Shown: positions 21,493 through 35,563 of the stretch, piece after piece
Layout of the letters: every line of letters begins with the position of its first letter
How positions within the stretch are numbered: position 1 is the first letter of the stretch
Assembly (NCBI GenBank): GCA_000708835.1
Contig: DF237308.1
Coordinates: forward strand, 30,158-94,157
Length of the DNA stretch: 64,000 nt
Reading direction: 5' to 3'
DNA from: Klebsormidium nitens
Lineage: Eukaryota; Plantae; Klebsormidiophyceae
Notes under the pieces: generated by a model
What the model was told of the DNA's origin: nothing
Seen by the model: only the letters and a program-made list of their open reading frames with translations
Database searches by the model: none
Position numbers and translations under genes: made by a program

Positions 21493-24400
21493 ATGGCGGC
21501 TTCCGTTGCTGGTCGGCGTTTGGGCTCTCAGCTGAATCGGTTTGTAGCAACTTTGAGGCCTCTGTCGGTGAATTCCGGAAACGCTTTGCAAGCGACGCGG
21601 GATTTTGGGGTAAGTGGCTGCTGAACGCCCAGTAAAGTCCAGCAAAAATCTGCCCAATTGGGCTAGGATGCGCTCACAGAGTGTCTACTTCTGGGCTGTA
21701 AGTTGAGAACAACTGAACTTTGGCAGGGAGTGGGGTTTACGCTGCGAACTGCTGAAACGTTCCGGGTAGAGAGGTTGGCGCTGCGTTGCTTCTCCGTGTG
21801 CATATGTGAAAATTCGTTTCGTCTTTATGCCGCCTCGAGCTTCTTGAAAGCCAGTCTAAGTGGGCTTCCATCTTCAACCTGGTAAGTGGTGGACGCTCCG
21901 CCGTTGTACGCCTATTATATGTTTCTTGCCTGAAGACTTTGGGGCTGGGAAATCCTTCCAGATCTCGGTATCACTCAATCTGGATGATACCTGTCAAAGT
22001 TGGTGTCCAAGCATTTCGCTTTTTCTGCTCCTGACAGGTTGGTACAAATGAGGATGCATATGCCCAGCTTGACAGCAAGAAAGGGGCGACGGTGAGTTTG
22101 TATCTTTCTCTATAGCACCATTTGTGGTGAAGATCGATCGCAGGCTTGTGTGAAATTGCGCGCAACAATTGCACTATCCATCATAAGCCTCTCTATCACT
22201 GAGGATCATGCAATTGGAAGAATTGTAATACTAATAGTTGCTCGCCTTTTCTCTGATACAGTTGCTGTGTTTTTGTCTGCAGTGGCCTCGGTTTCTAAAT
22301 AAGCCACTAGCAGAGGTGGATCCCGAGTTGAATGACATCATTGAGAAGGAGAAGAATAGGCAATGGAAGGTACGGGAAGGCTTTGCTGCAAGTTGATGCC
22401 TGCGCGAACACACCCAGATTGCTTTTGTCTGTCTACCCTGGGGAGTTTTGTGCGAGTGGTTGCTTGCAAGATGCATGAAGCCTGGGGTGATTGTCGCTCC
22501 AACCGCCTGATATTGTGTTGGAAAGGGGAGGATTCTGGACAGTGGCTTCTTGATTGTGTGTCTGATAATTCTTAGGTGTTCTCTTTCCAAATTTCTGGAA
22601 GGTGCTTGGATTTCAGTTTGGTTCTGCACCTACAGTCGTTCTCATATCTCATATCTGGTACGTCTTTTCCGTCCAGGGGCTCGAGCTCATCCCTTCAGAG
22701 AACTTCACTTCTTTATCCGTGCTCGAAGCGGTGGGGTCAGTCATGACTAACAAATATAGTGAAGGTTACCCTGGGGCGAGGTACTATGGTGGCAATGAGT
22801 AAGTTAATCAGATTGATGCTTCTGCTCAATCATTTCATCCTTGGATGTTCAATTGCACAATATTATGGTTGCAAAAGCCTATAGTGAAAGTTTCCAATAG
22901 TTGCATGAAGGGTTCATAAGTATTGAACTTGGTTTCCATGCTGGTTGCTGCCGCAAAGATCGATCACAAAGATCATAGTCGGTTCTATATCCTTGTGGAC
23001 TGTTTGGTGTGCAGGTTCATTGACCAGGCAGAACTCATGTGTCAGGAGCGCGCGTTGAAAGCCTTTAGACTAGACCCCGAGCAGTGGGGAGGTGAGATGC
23101 CGAAGAATAGCCCTTTCCTTCCAGTGCCAATGTTGAAGCAAACTTGCCGGAAGGAACTTGCAAGAAGCAAGGTCCGCAAGCATCACTCTGGGTTTGTCAA
23201 GAATCCAGAGCCTTTCCGAAGTTTTTCAGCGAGCTCTTTAAATCCTTTGTCGTTGTGGGATGGGAATGTACAATTTGGGCTGTAGTTGGACTAAATGAGC
23301 CAAGCAGGGCTTGTAGTGGAAGCAGCTTCATTTAATTGCCCCTGCTCTGCAGTGAACGTGCAAGCTCTTTCCGGGTCTCCAGCCAACTTCGCGGTCTACA
23401 CTGCCTTGCTGAAACCCCACGAGCGAATCATGGCACTTGACTTGCCGCATGGGGGTCACTTGTCTCACGGGTATCAGGTAAGTAGAGGGCGGTGTGTCAG
23501 TCAGGTCCTTCATGCCGACAGCAATGATCAGATTGCTATCTGTTGGATGCAGTTATCACCACTGTCTCCTCTGATCATGCGCCAACAGTCTGGAGGAGAA
23601 ATCACACGTGTTGTGGTGTGAGCCTTGACTTCTGACGGAACGCGCTTGTCAGCTCAGACTCGCTTGTTCTTTTCAGTAGCAGCTCATTGATGTCCGAGTG
23701 TATCTCGTATCTTCAGGGCCAATTTTGACGCTCAAGAACACCTATTGCTGCCTGTCTTGCAGACTGACACTAGGAAGATCAGTGCCGTCTCTGTATATTT
23801 CGAGACTATGCCCTACCGCCTGGATGAGAAGACAGGGTACATCGACTACGACACTTTGGAAGCGAACGCGAAGCTCTTCCGGCCAAAGATCCTCATTGCT
23901 GGCTCAAGTGCGTCTTCCAGGCACATTGACTACGCAAGAATGAGGAAGGTACGGCTTTATCTGCCCACCTGACTTGAGCAGAACGTCCTGATGTCTCGTT
24001 TGATGGGGTGGTGTTTCGCGCACATTCAGGCGTTGTGATGTGATGCTGCGCATGGGAATTGCCCCTTGCAATGACGGTGGTCTGCTTGAACAGGGGCTGG
24101 CTTGCAGGACCGTTTGCCGACTCCTCCGATTGCTACGAATGCAGTTGCAGGCCAGTGTTGGAGACCCGAGCTCTACTTGTACAGGCCGTCATATGGCATC
24201 CAAGGATTTGTTTACTGGCCCTCTGCAACGGCATACTGAGCATGTTTTCCCCATGTTAATGGCATTGGCGTTCATTTGCAGGTGTAATTATAGTTCGCAG
24301 CACTTTCTGTCATCATAATCCTTCCAAGGCAATTTCCGCGCCCAATGCTTGCGCCTTCTTGTGCAGATTGCTGACAACCAGGGCGCCTATCTTCTGGCGG

Positions 24401-26805
24401 ACATGGCTCACATCAGCGGCCTCGTGGCTGCCGGTGTTGTGCCGAGCCCCTTCGACTATGCTGACGTCGTCACCACCACGACGCACAAGTCCCTGAGGGG
24501 CCCTCGGGGGTCCATGATCTTCTTCAGGAAGGGCTTGAAGGGAAAGGACAAGAAGGGCAAGGAGGTGAGCACCACTCCTCCTCATTTCCTGCGTCCGCTG
24601 GACCTGTCGCTTCACTACTTGGTAGTGTCTTCGACACTGTTTTTGCAGCTGTTTGACGGGATCGCAAAGGACGTGGTAAACGAGTTCGCAAATAACGTGG
24701 CACATGAGCTTTCCGAAGACTCACAAGGCTTCGGAGCACTGGTCAATTAGTGCATGACATTTAAGCTGCGGCCCAGGGGTGCCTTGTTGGGCCTCAAACC
24801 TTCAAGGGTTCCTGTTGTGTAGTGTTCAAATTGGTCATGTCAGTGTAAGCTATTTCTGACGCTCTTCCTCCTCCTCCGTTGCTCCTCTGCGTTCGACTCG
24901 AACCACTGAGCGGCCCGCTTGTTTTGTTGCGTGCATTCAGATCTACTACGACTTGGAGGACCCTATCAACTACGCGGTGTTCCCGCGGTTGCAAGGTGGC
25001 CCTCACAACCACACCATCTCCGCACTGGCTGTCGCCCTCAAGCAGGTGAATAAAGACGGAAAGGACCGCTTGGTTTGGAAATGCTTTCTCATGCAAGTTA
25101 CTTTTCACAGTCGCTGTGTGCAGGTCGGAAGCTTCCTGCACTTGCACCTTCCAAGTGGTTTGACTTTCGTCAAGTTTGGATGTTGTTAACCATTGGTCGC
25201 GAGTGGTTCCGCATCGCTGCAGTTTCATTTGTTGTCGGAAGGCGGTTTTTTCACGGCCCCAGCTTGTGCGTTTTGAATTGCAACCAGTTGAATGTTCCCT
25301 TGAAACGACGGATCTCAATGCTTCTTCCTTGTGCAGGCTGCCGGCCCTGAGTTCAAGGCTTACCAAGAGCAGGTCGTCAGCAACTCGAGGTCGTTTGCGA
25401 AGGTAAGCTGCTCACAGCTGGCTGTTGGTTCGGAGACAGTCTAGGTTGCACCTTTCAACCTGCCTTCGACATACGAGGCCCCGACAGTGGCCGAAGTTCG
25501 ATGTAGTCAGAATACTCTCGGTCAGCGAACAATCTTGTAACACCGGGAGCTGAGTGCAGGCGCTGATGGAGAAGGGGTACACTCTGGTCGCGGGGGGCAC
25601 GGACAACCACTTGGTCCTCGTCGACCTGAAGCCCCAGGGCGTGGACGGGTCGCGGGTCGAGAGGGTGATGGAGCTCGCCCACATCGCCGCCAACAAGAAC
25701 ACCGTGCCCGGGGACGTCAGCGCCATGGTGCCGGGAGGAGTTCGCATGGGTGAGCCGCACCAGCATGCCTGGCTCTAGATTCTTCTAGGAAGTGGCCCGG
25801 TGGAGCGGGGCAGTAAATTTGGGTCGTGCGCTCACTTGCTGGGTTGTGGGAGGGCATACTTATCTGAGTCAATGAGAGATAAACGGGTTTTATCTTTCTA
25901 AGCCATGGTCTCTTCTCTTAGTCCCCTGCTAGGAACAAAATCGTAAGTACCGAGTTTTAAATTGGTTGCTACATGGATTCTTTAGCAGGATCCTGGAGCA
26001 TATAAGAAGTCGCCTTCCTTACTTTGCAGATTTTTTTTTAGGTTTGCATACAGTTAATTGCACAACAAAAATTGCACAACAAAAGTCGCCTGCAACACCT
26101 ACCCCGTCGAAAGCAAAGGTGATCTTCTGTAGAAGTGCCGTTTCGAAGAAACAGATGTGCGCAGAACCGTCGGCAGGTGCGATGCGCGCCGTTGGATCGC
26201 TCTACTGGCATCAAATGGTCAAGGCCAGGTTGTGTTATCGTTGAACCTGCAGTTTCTTCGGTGTTCTTTCAGTTCATTTTCGTGTATTGACCACGCTGTA
26301 TTTGCAGGCACCCCCGCGTTGACCACCAGGGGTTTTGTTGATGAGGACTTCGTCAAGGTTGCTGACTGCTTCGACAAGGCTGTCAAGATTGCAGTCAAGG
26401 TCAAGAAGGAAGTTGGTAAGGCAGCTTTTTCCTGAACGCTCCAACAGTCGATTCTCGCCCCACGAAGGTAATTGTCGGGTTTGTTGTTGTCTCGACGTCA
26501 TCTCGGTGATTGTGACTTCTCGTGAAAGTTCAAGGAAATTCGTGCATGATGTTGTGGTTTTAATCAGTTCTTGAACCATCATCAGAAGCGCACACGGAGT
26601 CGCTTGGCTGCTCAAATAGCTCTCTTCTATAGCCTCTCAAAATACATCTTGTCTTGCAGGGGGCAAGCTCAAGGACTTCCGTGAGGCGGTTGAGAAGGAC
26701 CCCTATAAGTCTGACATCGACTCACTAAGGCAGGAGGTTGAGGAGTTCGCGAAGCAGTTCCCTACAATTGGCTTTGAGAAGGCCGACATGAAGTACACCG
26801 ACTAG
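21493..26805 (+). CDS. SHMT: Serine hydroxymethyltransferase, mitochondrial type (N-terminal presequence)
   Basis: [17 protein letters not shown] presequence, then [74 protein letters not shown]-lysine motif [38 protein letters not shown], ending [15 protein letters not shown] (TAG 26803-26805). GT-AG introns. Confidence 0.98.
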
Positions 26806-27813
26806 ACCATGCAAAACATTTTTGCAAGGTAACACGTTCCATGAGTGACCGAGGTGCTCTCTCTCTTCAGGCATTACCTTGCTTATCTCAGAAGGAGCTA
26901 GGTTTAGTGCTTCCAAGGTTTTAGATAAGTGGATCTTTGAGACCATCAGAGTACTGGCAATGTTACTCATATTGGTATGCCACCGGGGACGACATGCACC
27001 ATATTTGTGTACATACCAGCTTATGCCGGTCGTTTGTCTGTGGCGGTCGCCGCGTCTGCAATTGATCGGATCAATTATTCCTTTCGAGGATCGGAGGTTA
27101 TGCATCAAGCATACATGCATTGAGATGATCGTGTTTATTTAGTGGCAAGTTTAGCATGTAACACACATATATATACGAAATTCTAATCCATATGCAGTGG
27201 AGTAAGCTCAATCAAAGAAAGTGTGCAGCGATCCGCAAGTGCCGCAATGTTCCGAAATGAAGCTTTCCGAAAGCTGGTGAAGCTAGTTCACACGGGCCTG
27301 CATTTAAATCGTTTTGGCATGACCATGCAGCCGGACCGTCTTAGTGGTGAAAACTTCAGCTGCACAATCCTATAGTATCACTGCAGCTGCGCGACGCGAT
27401 CTGACTATATATATAAACTTTGGCTCATTTACCAGGATGTAGCCGGTTGCGCCATGCTTGATGTTTGACCATATACAAGGCCCAGCTCCGGTGCAGTATT
27501 TGTACTGCAACTAACGGGACGATCGACACAAGTAAGAGGACTCCGGAATCGACTGATTGCATCATGGCGTCACTCCGGGGCGCCTCATGACTTCAAATAA
27601 AACCTGCGGCAAGGCATTGAGGGAGCAGGCTGTATATTGCAGCATACACCACCCCAATAAGCTCGTTGCACAAACCTCAGGCTCTATTACTTCGTCTACG
27701 CAAGCGCTGTACGCCACAGCTGTGAAGGGCGTCACCAAGAAGCCCCCTAGAAGCCCCCTATTTCTACAATATACACAACGTTTAACACAAAGACTCCACC
27801 ACAAGAGCGACAT

Positions 27814-29887
27814 TTACAGGATGACGCAGCAACTGTTGGCCTTCTTTGCTTGCTTATAGAATACCTGTACGAATGTAATACATGGTTTAGACAACAGGTT
27901 TCTATTTGTTCGAGACACCCTTTCCTTTGCTTGATTCGAAGGCTACCATCAAATATAAAACAGCTCGTATGTAGAAGCTTGACCAACTTGATGTGAGAGA
28001 TCAAGAACAACATGACGTGGAAAACATGAGGGCAATTTGCAATCGTAGTGACCTCACCTGTGATGCCATGCTCAAATCCGTGCTCTTCTCAACAAGACTG
28101 TCAAGCTTCTCCCCCCGGGCTAAAACACTGTCAATCGTCTTGTGCTGCACGACAGAAACTCGTCTCGATTAGAGTCCATTCAGAGTCGCCCTGCTGATCT
28201 TGGTAGGAGAGAATTGGCAGGGACATCGGTTCAACAATGAGCGCCTATTCGTCTTACTCGACATTCAATTTCGCCGCATGAACAACATCGGCGAAATGTT
28301 GTCGATAATTTCGAGCGATTTGGGTACTTCTCTGGACAGCAGACACCAGTTACGCACAGTTCATGGTGCAACGTTTACAAATCTGCAACAAGCACTAAAC
28401 TAATTCACTGGAATTGCGAACCAAGCCTTTCAATCTTGACTCACCAGAATAATCTTCGTTTCGTCCAGATCCCGCTGTATCTTCGTAAGCTTGTCCGCTT
28501 CGGAAGGATCCTGCCCAAAAAACAACATGGCTTTTGGGAAAGCTTAGAATAACCTGTGACCTGGATTGAAATTTCGAAACCATGACCAAATTCGACTTAC
28601 GAAGTTCCCCAACTTGTACCAAGGGAGGGGTGAAACTGGTTGCGAACACGTGAACTTGCAATTCATCCGTCCAGGAAAGCTCACCTGGTATTTGACGAGC
28701 GCCTCTTGGAGCCATGGTACAGAGTCTTTGTTGTCTGTTGTAATACTTGACCAGGAACCGACCGCCTGCCTCTCATACTCTTCCAGAATCTGCAACAAAA
28801 ACGTACGTCCTATCGGCACAGGTTTGCCATGGAACTGAACCTCGTCTTTTCGCAATAGTTCAATGCCTGAACGCGCCAATCTTTCAATTGGTGTTTCGAG
28901 ACGGTTTTATTGAGCCCCAAGGCGGCATGTGGACACAGCCAAACTCGCCATCTTTTGTTGACAAACTGCATCAGCAAAGCCCAGTTATGAACAGGAGAAC
29001 AAACATCGCCAGAAGAACTTTAAGATAAGAACTTCTCAGGGCTGGCGCATGCTGCTTAGAAGGTGGGGGAAAGGAACAGGATACCGACAGCCCGATACTC
29101 AACCGTCAGGTTGATATGACGCCAGGAAAACTTGTTACTTACCAGTTCGTTCCCTCTGAGCACATCCTAAAAACGAGACGGCATAAAATGGATGAATGTC
29201 CAACTCGAACTGCGACTGTCCACCCATATCTTCAGGACTTGAGGCTCTAGAGGGACCCGTGTGGTCAGATGGTGGCAGGTTCATTCCCCTTTGGTTAAGT
29301 GCTGCCTTTCATTGTGTCAGAACCTCAAGCTGCCATGCTCACCTTATTGATGACTGAAAACGCCCCTCGAAGCGGATACGCTCTGTCAACAAATGCTAAC
29401 CCGAGCAGACCGTTTTTGTTGTAGCAATGAACCATGTACTCTGTAGAGTAAGAACGAAGAAAGTCAGTGCGTCCAGAAAGCATTAAAACCAGCTGAAGCC
29501 CTTGAGGCCCCTTGAGGGGCAGACTCTAGCAGGCTGGACTGCAATGAACGGCAGCAACTTCTGTACTCTGACACCACAGCAACCTTGCAATAAAAGACAC
29601 CCGCCGCTGGTGCAAACACTAGGCTCCATCTGTGATCTTAGTTATTGAACCAAGATCGCCTTGTGCAGTCCTGACAAGATGGAACACTGCTCACCTTCAT
29701 GCTCCACACTTTGCCGTCGTTGCAGGGGAGTCCTCTTACCAACCGTCCTTGAAACAAAGATGATCATTTCTCGGACAGAGCTCCGCTGGAAGTACCCAAA
29801 GTTGCTGACGTCACTCGCGTTTGCAAGGAGAGTAGGGTCTGCGGTATCGCCATTGAATTTGAGGATCGTCAGTGCCGTGATCTTCAT
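27814..29887 (-). CDS. YKT6: Longin R-SNARE YKT6, 6 exons
   Basis: MKITALTILK...DVSNFGYFQRSSVREMIIFVSRTV; DPSEADKLTKIQRDLDETKIIL; HKTIDSVLARGEKLDSLVEKSNDLS; C-terminal FYKQAKKANSCCVIL* (CCAAX lipidation motif). Confidence 0.98.
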
Positions 29888-30428
29888 CGTTTGTCCTTGT
29901 TGAAGACACGCTGCTCAAGCTTTCTACAAAAGTGCGAACAGTACTTTCATGCAGCGATGGATTCTGACCTGAGATGGCTAACTTCAGCTGGAAATAATGT
30001 GAATCAAAACCAAGGCGCATGTCCACCCCTGCAACTTCAAGAAGGATCTGAAGCCTGAAGGCTCCTGATCTCACGTTTCCAACAGAGAGAGCATGGGGAA
30101 AGAGGTTCCGTATCAACCGTAGAGTGTGGGGAAGAAGAATTGCACTGTACGCATGACGAGAACCCTAAACGCGTACGTCATACACCATGTTTTGTCTGGC
30201 CCGCCGCCCAGTTCTGCTTGCGGCTGCCTGGTGCCAGCATGGCACCAGGTCCTTGGAAGTTGGGTCCAGCTCATTGGGATCAGCATTTGTCCCTGATAGT
30301 TAATTATAATAGGCTGTAGCGGTGCCATTCCGGTTCGCATCAGGAGCCTTCATGCAGGTGTGAAGCTCCTCCTTTTGCTCTTCCATTTTGATTGGAACAA
30401 GGCAACCTTGTTGCAGCTGGCAGCAAAA

Positions 30429-33400
30429 ATGGACGCGCTGCTTTCGACTGAGGGGTTTTTGGAGGTAAGTCATTTCGTGGTCCTGCTGACCACTCCTGGT
30501 TTTCGCCTCCAATCTAAAGTGGCAGAAATGCTGTGGAGTTGTGTAGCCTAGCTGTAGATCTGAACGCTGATGCCCAACGGGCTCCCTTGGTGGTGCGGAG
30601 AAAAGGGGATGAGGATGGAGCTGGTTGAGCCTGCCAGGCGCGAGAAAGGATCCATTGTAACTAGTTCTTTTTGGCCTTTCATATTCAAGGCAGATCTGAA
30701 ACAATTGCTCAGCACTTGGGCATAGGACACTCACTTGAAAAGTTTTCATTCAATCTGCTTTGGTGATGAGCTTGGCCATACACCTGAATCTTTTGCGCCC
30801 CGACCCTCCATTAAAGTACAGCGTCAACGACCCTGGCAACATCCTTAACTTGCACAGTTCCGTATCATGAAATCCCTTTTTGAATGCAGGGGTTTGGAAA
30901 GGCCACCTCCATGATCATCTTTTCTGGTGAGTCGAGACTTTGGAACCCAGCTACACAGTCCCACTACATGGTCTGAAGTGAGGCCTACGGCCCAAGTCAT
31001 TAAGGCCTGATGTGCTTGATGAAAGTTTTTGGAAGTGCTCGTATTTCAAGGACTTTTCAGAAGAAACAGGTTCAATACTTGGTGGTATGTTTCATCCTTT
31101 GAATCATGTTGTGATCTGGTATATCGTGTTTGAAACTACGCATGTGTGACAATGCTGAGGATTTTCTTTGCAAGCATGAACAGTTTGCAACACGATCCTC
31201 TTAGTTGTCTTGTCGTGTCTCAACTTGCACCACCCAAGTCAATACAGCAGAGCCCAAACAATTGTCATTTTATAGTTGTTTGGACCTCCCATGTCCTCAC
31301 AAGTCTTATCCTTTTTTAAGTCTTGCACTTTTATCCTGCAGAGATTGGTGACAAGACGTTCTTCATAGCTGCTCTGATGGGCATGGCCCACCCATTCCAC
31401 ATCATCTTCTTGGGTTGTGGGGGCGCTCTTTGGATCATGACTCTGCTGTCAGTGGCCCTAGGCTGGGCAGCGCCGACGCTGGTAAGTACAGAGTACACAG
31501 GCTTTGCAGTAGTTCTGGCAGAATCCAGGATAATTGCCTGTCGCCAGGGTGTTGGGAATCATTTCAGCTTGTTTACATTGATTGAAACTCTCAGTAAGAG
31601 CTCTAATGAGTAGTTCAATGTGCAGCATGTCGAGATTGCTTGCTTGGTACACTTGCTTTGAACAACTTGCTAACGTGGTCATTCTGCCTATGTTGCTATT
31701 TACAGATTCCAGCGGACGTCACGCACTACTTAGCCACCGTGTTATTCTTCGGATTCGGGTTGAAGTCGCTGTATGACGCCTTCACGGGGGAAGGGTGAGC
31801 AGCCTCGCCACAGCTTACACATAGGCGTGCTTATGACTCCCCACGATTGGAGTAATTGTTTCTGAACTCCTAAGTTAATCGAAAATATGTATCGCTGATT
31901 ACTCGAGTTGTATAGGGCCTTCCTGGTGCCTTCCTGGGGGCGGATTCACTGAATGCTTTGCACCTTCTGCCCGACTGTTACTGAAAGTCACCCTGTCTCG
32001 TTTAAAATGGTTACTCGATTCTCAATTGCAGGGAGAGTGGAGAGTTGGCAGAGGTTGAGGAGCTCGTGGTGAACTTTCGCTCTGACACAGAATGTCCCAA
32101 TTGGTGTCTCTCTGTCGGCGCATATACCAACCCAATGACAAGCGACAGTCCCTTGCATGCCAGCCAACACCCAGTCTCTTAAGTGAGGTGTTACACAGTT
32201 AGTCACTGATAATCGGATTAGTGGCTTCGATTGACGCCGTTGATATCATGCCATGAACTTGATATAAAAGTTTTAGAGTGACCAATTGTCGGTTTTGTGG
32301 CTTCTTTTGGTGGCTACTGGCTTCGACGAGACGAAAAAGCTTCGTTTGCGTGTTTTGCAGGGTGGAAATAGCAAAGCCGTCAAAATTGGCAAAGAGAACG
32401 GGGAGGTAAGCAGGGTCCGGGCGATCCACGATTGGGCTGATTAATGCTCGTGTGGAAATCTTACATCAACGAAGTTGACATTGGCCTCTCGTGAAACTTT
32501 TGTATGGCTCCGTCACTGAAGTACGATCCGCGCAGCATTGAAACAAAACGCGAACTATTTTCAGCCAATGTCTTTCAGCCGATCAGTGGTTCACACTTGC
32601 TATCGTGTGCAAGGAACTTTCACCGCTTGGTTCGTTGCTGAAGATCGTTCAGAAAATCTGGCGCCTGACCTTGCTGCTGCGCTGTCCAGGAGAAGTCCAA
32701 GGAGAAGCCGCTCCTTAGGAGTATGTTTTGGTTCTTGTCACCCGTCTTTTTGAAGGTGGGTAACACTCCCGAGACCCAAGCCCCTTCCCTCTGCTGTGTC
32801 CAGGCAGCCTTTTTAGCGTAAAGTTTGCGCCGGCATCTGTCGCGTTCAGCAATGCAAATTTTCCTGTTGGACTCTCGGGATATGTCTATCAGTTGATGCC
32901 TGTTGGCTCTTCGGTTTGTTGTGGTCAACGGTATTCAGTCAGGTCGAGCCCGCGTCTCAAAGAGCCGGCTCGTTGTGTCGTCTTGTCCCGCAGGCATTCT
33001 CGCTCACCTTCTTCGGGGAATGGGGTGATCGGAGCCAGATTGCGACCATCGGTTTGGCGGCCCAGGACAGCCCGCTCGGGGTCGCGGCAGGGGGCTGCTT
33101 GTGAGTGCACCCCGCCATCGACGCTTCACGGAGCCACGTGGTTCCGGGTCCGGCTGTGTACAGCCCCCTCTGAAAATGGCATGTAGATTGCAGTTTGGGA
33201 AGCGCATGGCAGGCTGTCTAGACTTCTGCAAGGTGCTTTGTAATCTTGCTGTATGTCCAGTCTTTGAGTTGCCACATGTTATGGGTCTGTCCTACACAAG
33301 TTCCTCTGAAAGCCGTCCAATCCTCCATGCATGGAGTAAGGCACGTCATGTTCTTTGCCGGGTCTGTCGTGGATTGAGTCAAAAGAAGGTTGGTTCGAAA

Positions 33401-34410
33401 GCTGTCCGTCTTTACCTTGTAAGGTACGCCCGCTGTACGTATGTCATGAGTGGACTGGTTGCTTCTCCGCTGGACACTAATGCTACGAATTGATTCTTCT
33501 CATCACTCGTACGCTCTAGTACTGACTTGAGACCGGCCCACATATGTGGACGTACCCAGATCACCACGTGCAGTTTTTGGGTTCAGTTTGGATTGGTGGG
33601 TGAACGCAATAAAGTAAGCTGCCTCCCTGCAGCATCATTACAGGGAGTGTTCGGCGACAGTACACACCAGACTAACCCTCCGCAAGCATTGTGGTCTTTG
33701 GTCAATGCGCGTCTGTTCCGGCCCATTCAGTACGTGCGTACGTCTTTGCAGGGGGCATGCCCTGTGTACCGGTGCTGCTATCTTGGGGGGCAGGCACCTC
33801 GCATCCAGGATTTCGGAGAAGATGGTGAGGCAGTCTGCACGTGCCTCGAATCGGTCTCATCGTGACACGGGCCTCTTGGAGGTCACCTGTTTGTTAAGCG
33901 TTGGCAAACGGTATGCCATAACGGTATGCCATTCTTGAAGTACACCCCCGGTAATTTTGCCACATGAGTGAGGAGCAGAATGCAGCAAACAGTTGCAAAG
34001 CGTTACGCAACTTCTGCTTCTTTACGAAGTTAGTTTTCTTCGAAAACGCGGGCCCAAACAGCGGTGTGACGTCAACACAGTAGTGCTAATTGGGGCCAGG
34101 TATCGCATAAATTTCTTCTCTGCTCGTCTGAAGATACCTGGTGTGGCCTTTAGTCGCGGTTTCCATCATCTTCCATTCTTCAACCGAACTCGGAGCAGAA
34201 AGTCTCAGATATACAGGAGCGAATACTTGTCGGCTTTGTTCGATGCACCTTTGACACACGTCGGAAGCGAGGCTTGAAACGGAACTTCGGAGAGGATTTG
34301 AAAAAGGAGCCGAGTTGCAATCCTTTCTCCAGGTCGGAATCTGCGGAGGCATGTTGTTCCTGGCGTTCGGGGTCCACGAGTTGCTCCAAGGCGTCGAGAC
34401 AACGAAGTAG
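30429..34410 (+). CDS. GDT1: GDT1/UPF0016 family Ca2+/Mn2+ transporter (secretory-pathway type, no transit peptide)
   Basis: Two family motifs, EIGDKTFFIAA (exon at 31341) and FFGEWGDRSQIATI (exon near 33000), plus GHALCTGAAILGG and a last exon VGICGGMLFLAFGVHELL...TK* (TAG ends 34410). The start exon MDALLSTEGFLE is less certain. Confidence 0.93.
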
Positions 34411-35162
34411 GCACCAACAGACTACCTTTCGCGGTTCAAGATAGACTGTGGTGGTGGAGATCTCAGAATGCATCGATGCAACATCGAACGCACAGTGCAG
34501 AGATGCAGATCGACAGCTCATTGAAAAGGGGAACGTTGAAAACATTTTGCGAGATCGAGAATCGCATCTTCGGATCAGAGCATTGCGTGTGCTCCACTTG
34601 ATCCAGTAGGAGCTAATTTCAGCTCCTTGAATTTCTTTCGAAGGTCGAGGAAGAGCAGAGGTTTTAGATTGCTTCGTAAGGCTTATCTTTTGATGGAAGT
34701 TCCAGCTGATTGTCTATGGTCTTGGTCGGTGTGCATTGGCTCAGGGACTACTTTTGATGGTGCAAATTGGCGGCTACTATTAGCTTAATTGGCAGGCTAA
34801 GGTTGGATGTCTTGTGTCAAATACCTTAGACTGGCGGACCCAGCTCATGCATGATGCAATCCGGGCGCGATATTTTGCCTGCTGCCAATGACAGAAGGGG
34901 AACTTGAAACTCATGCATGCCGTTGAATAAAGTCATATGAAATCAACTGATTGCATTGCATGAATCGGCCCCCCGGCGGCGGGGCACAGCTGATGCATGT
35001 GCGGGCGCGGCCCTGGCCGGTCCGACGCGGCCGCGCGGCAAGCCGGCCGCGGGTCGCCGGCGGACAAAAGTTCACCCGCACTTCGACTCCGTTCGAAAAG
35101 TTCGACTCCGTTCCGTAAATGGGTTGCCAGGCCGGTTCCGTTCTGAAAATGAGAAGTAGGTA

Positions 35163-35242
35163 CCTAGGAGAAGTACCGTACGTCTAGGAGAAGTACCTAG
35201 GACCTCCTACTCCTAGGACCTAGGTACGGTACTTCTCCTAGG
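35163..35242. repeat. Perfect 19-bp inverted repeat with five CCTAGG copies, upstream of TerC
   Basis: CCTAGGAGAAGTACCGTAC (35163-35181) and GTACGGTACTTCTCCTAGG (35224-35242). The 42-nt loop contains a partial direct copy. Confidence 0.95.
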
Positions 35243-35563
35243 CTAGGTATGTTGAGACTCAGAGTCAGAGCAAGAGGAGGAGCCAGGAATAAGATCCGAG
35301 ACTGCAGTGCGGGAATGCATGGCGGTGGCGCGACCTCTGACACTGCAAAAACCTTGTCAATGCTAGGTACCTAGTCTCCCTTGGAAGAGCACAGCCATCC
35401 ACGACCGCAGAAGCGAGCACTGGCAGGTCTTCTATGAAGGAAACCGGTTGAATGTTCCAACTCTACGCCGGTACCACGCAAATGTGGCACCTTAAGTGAT
35501 AGTATGCTGGCCACCCGCGACATTGCACGAAGTGGAGGCGAGTAGAAGTCTGCTTGTGCAGGA

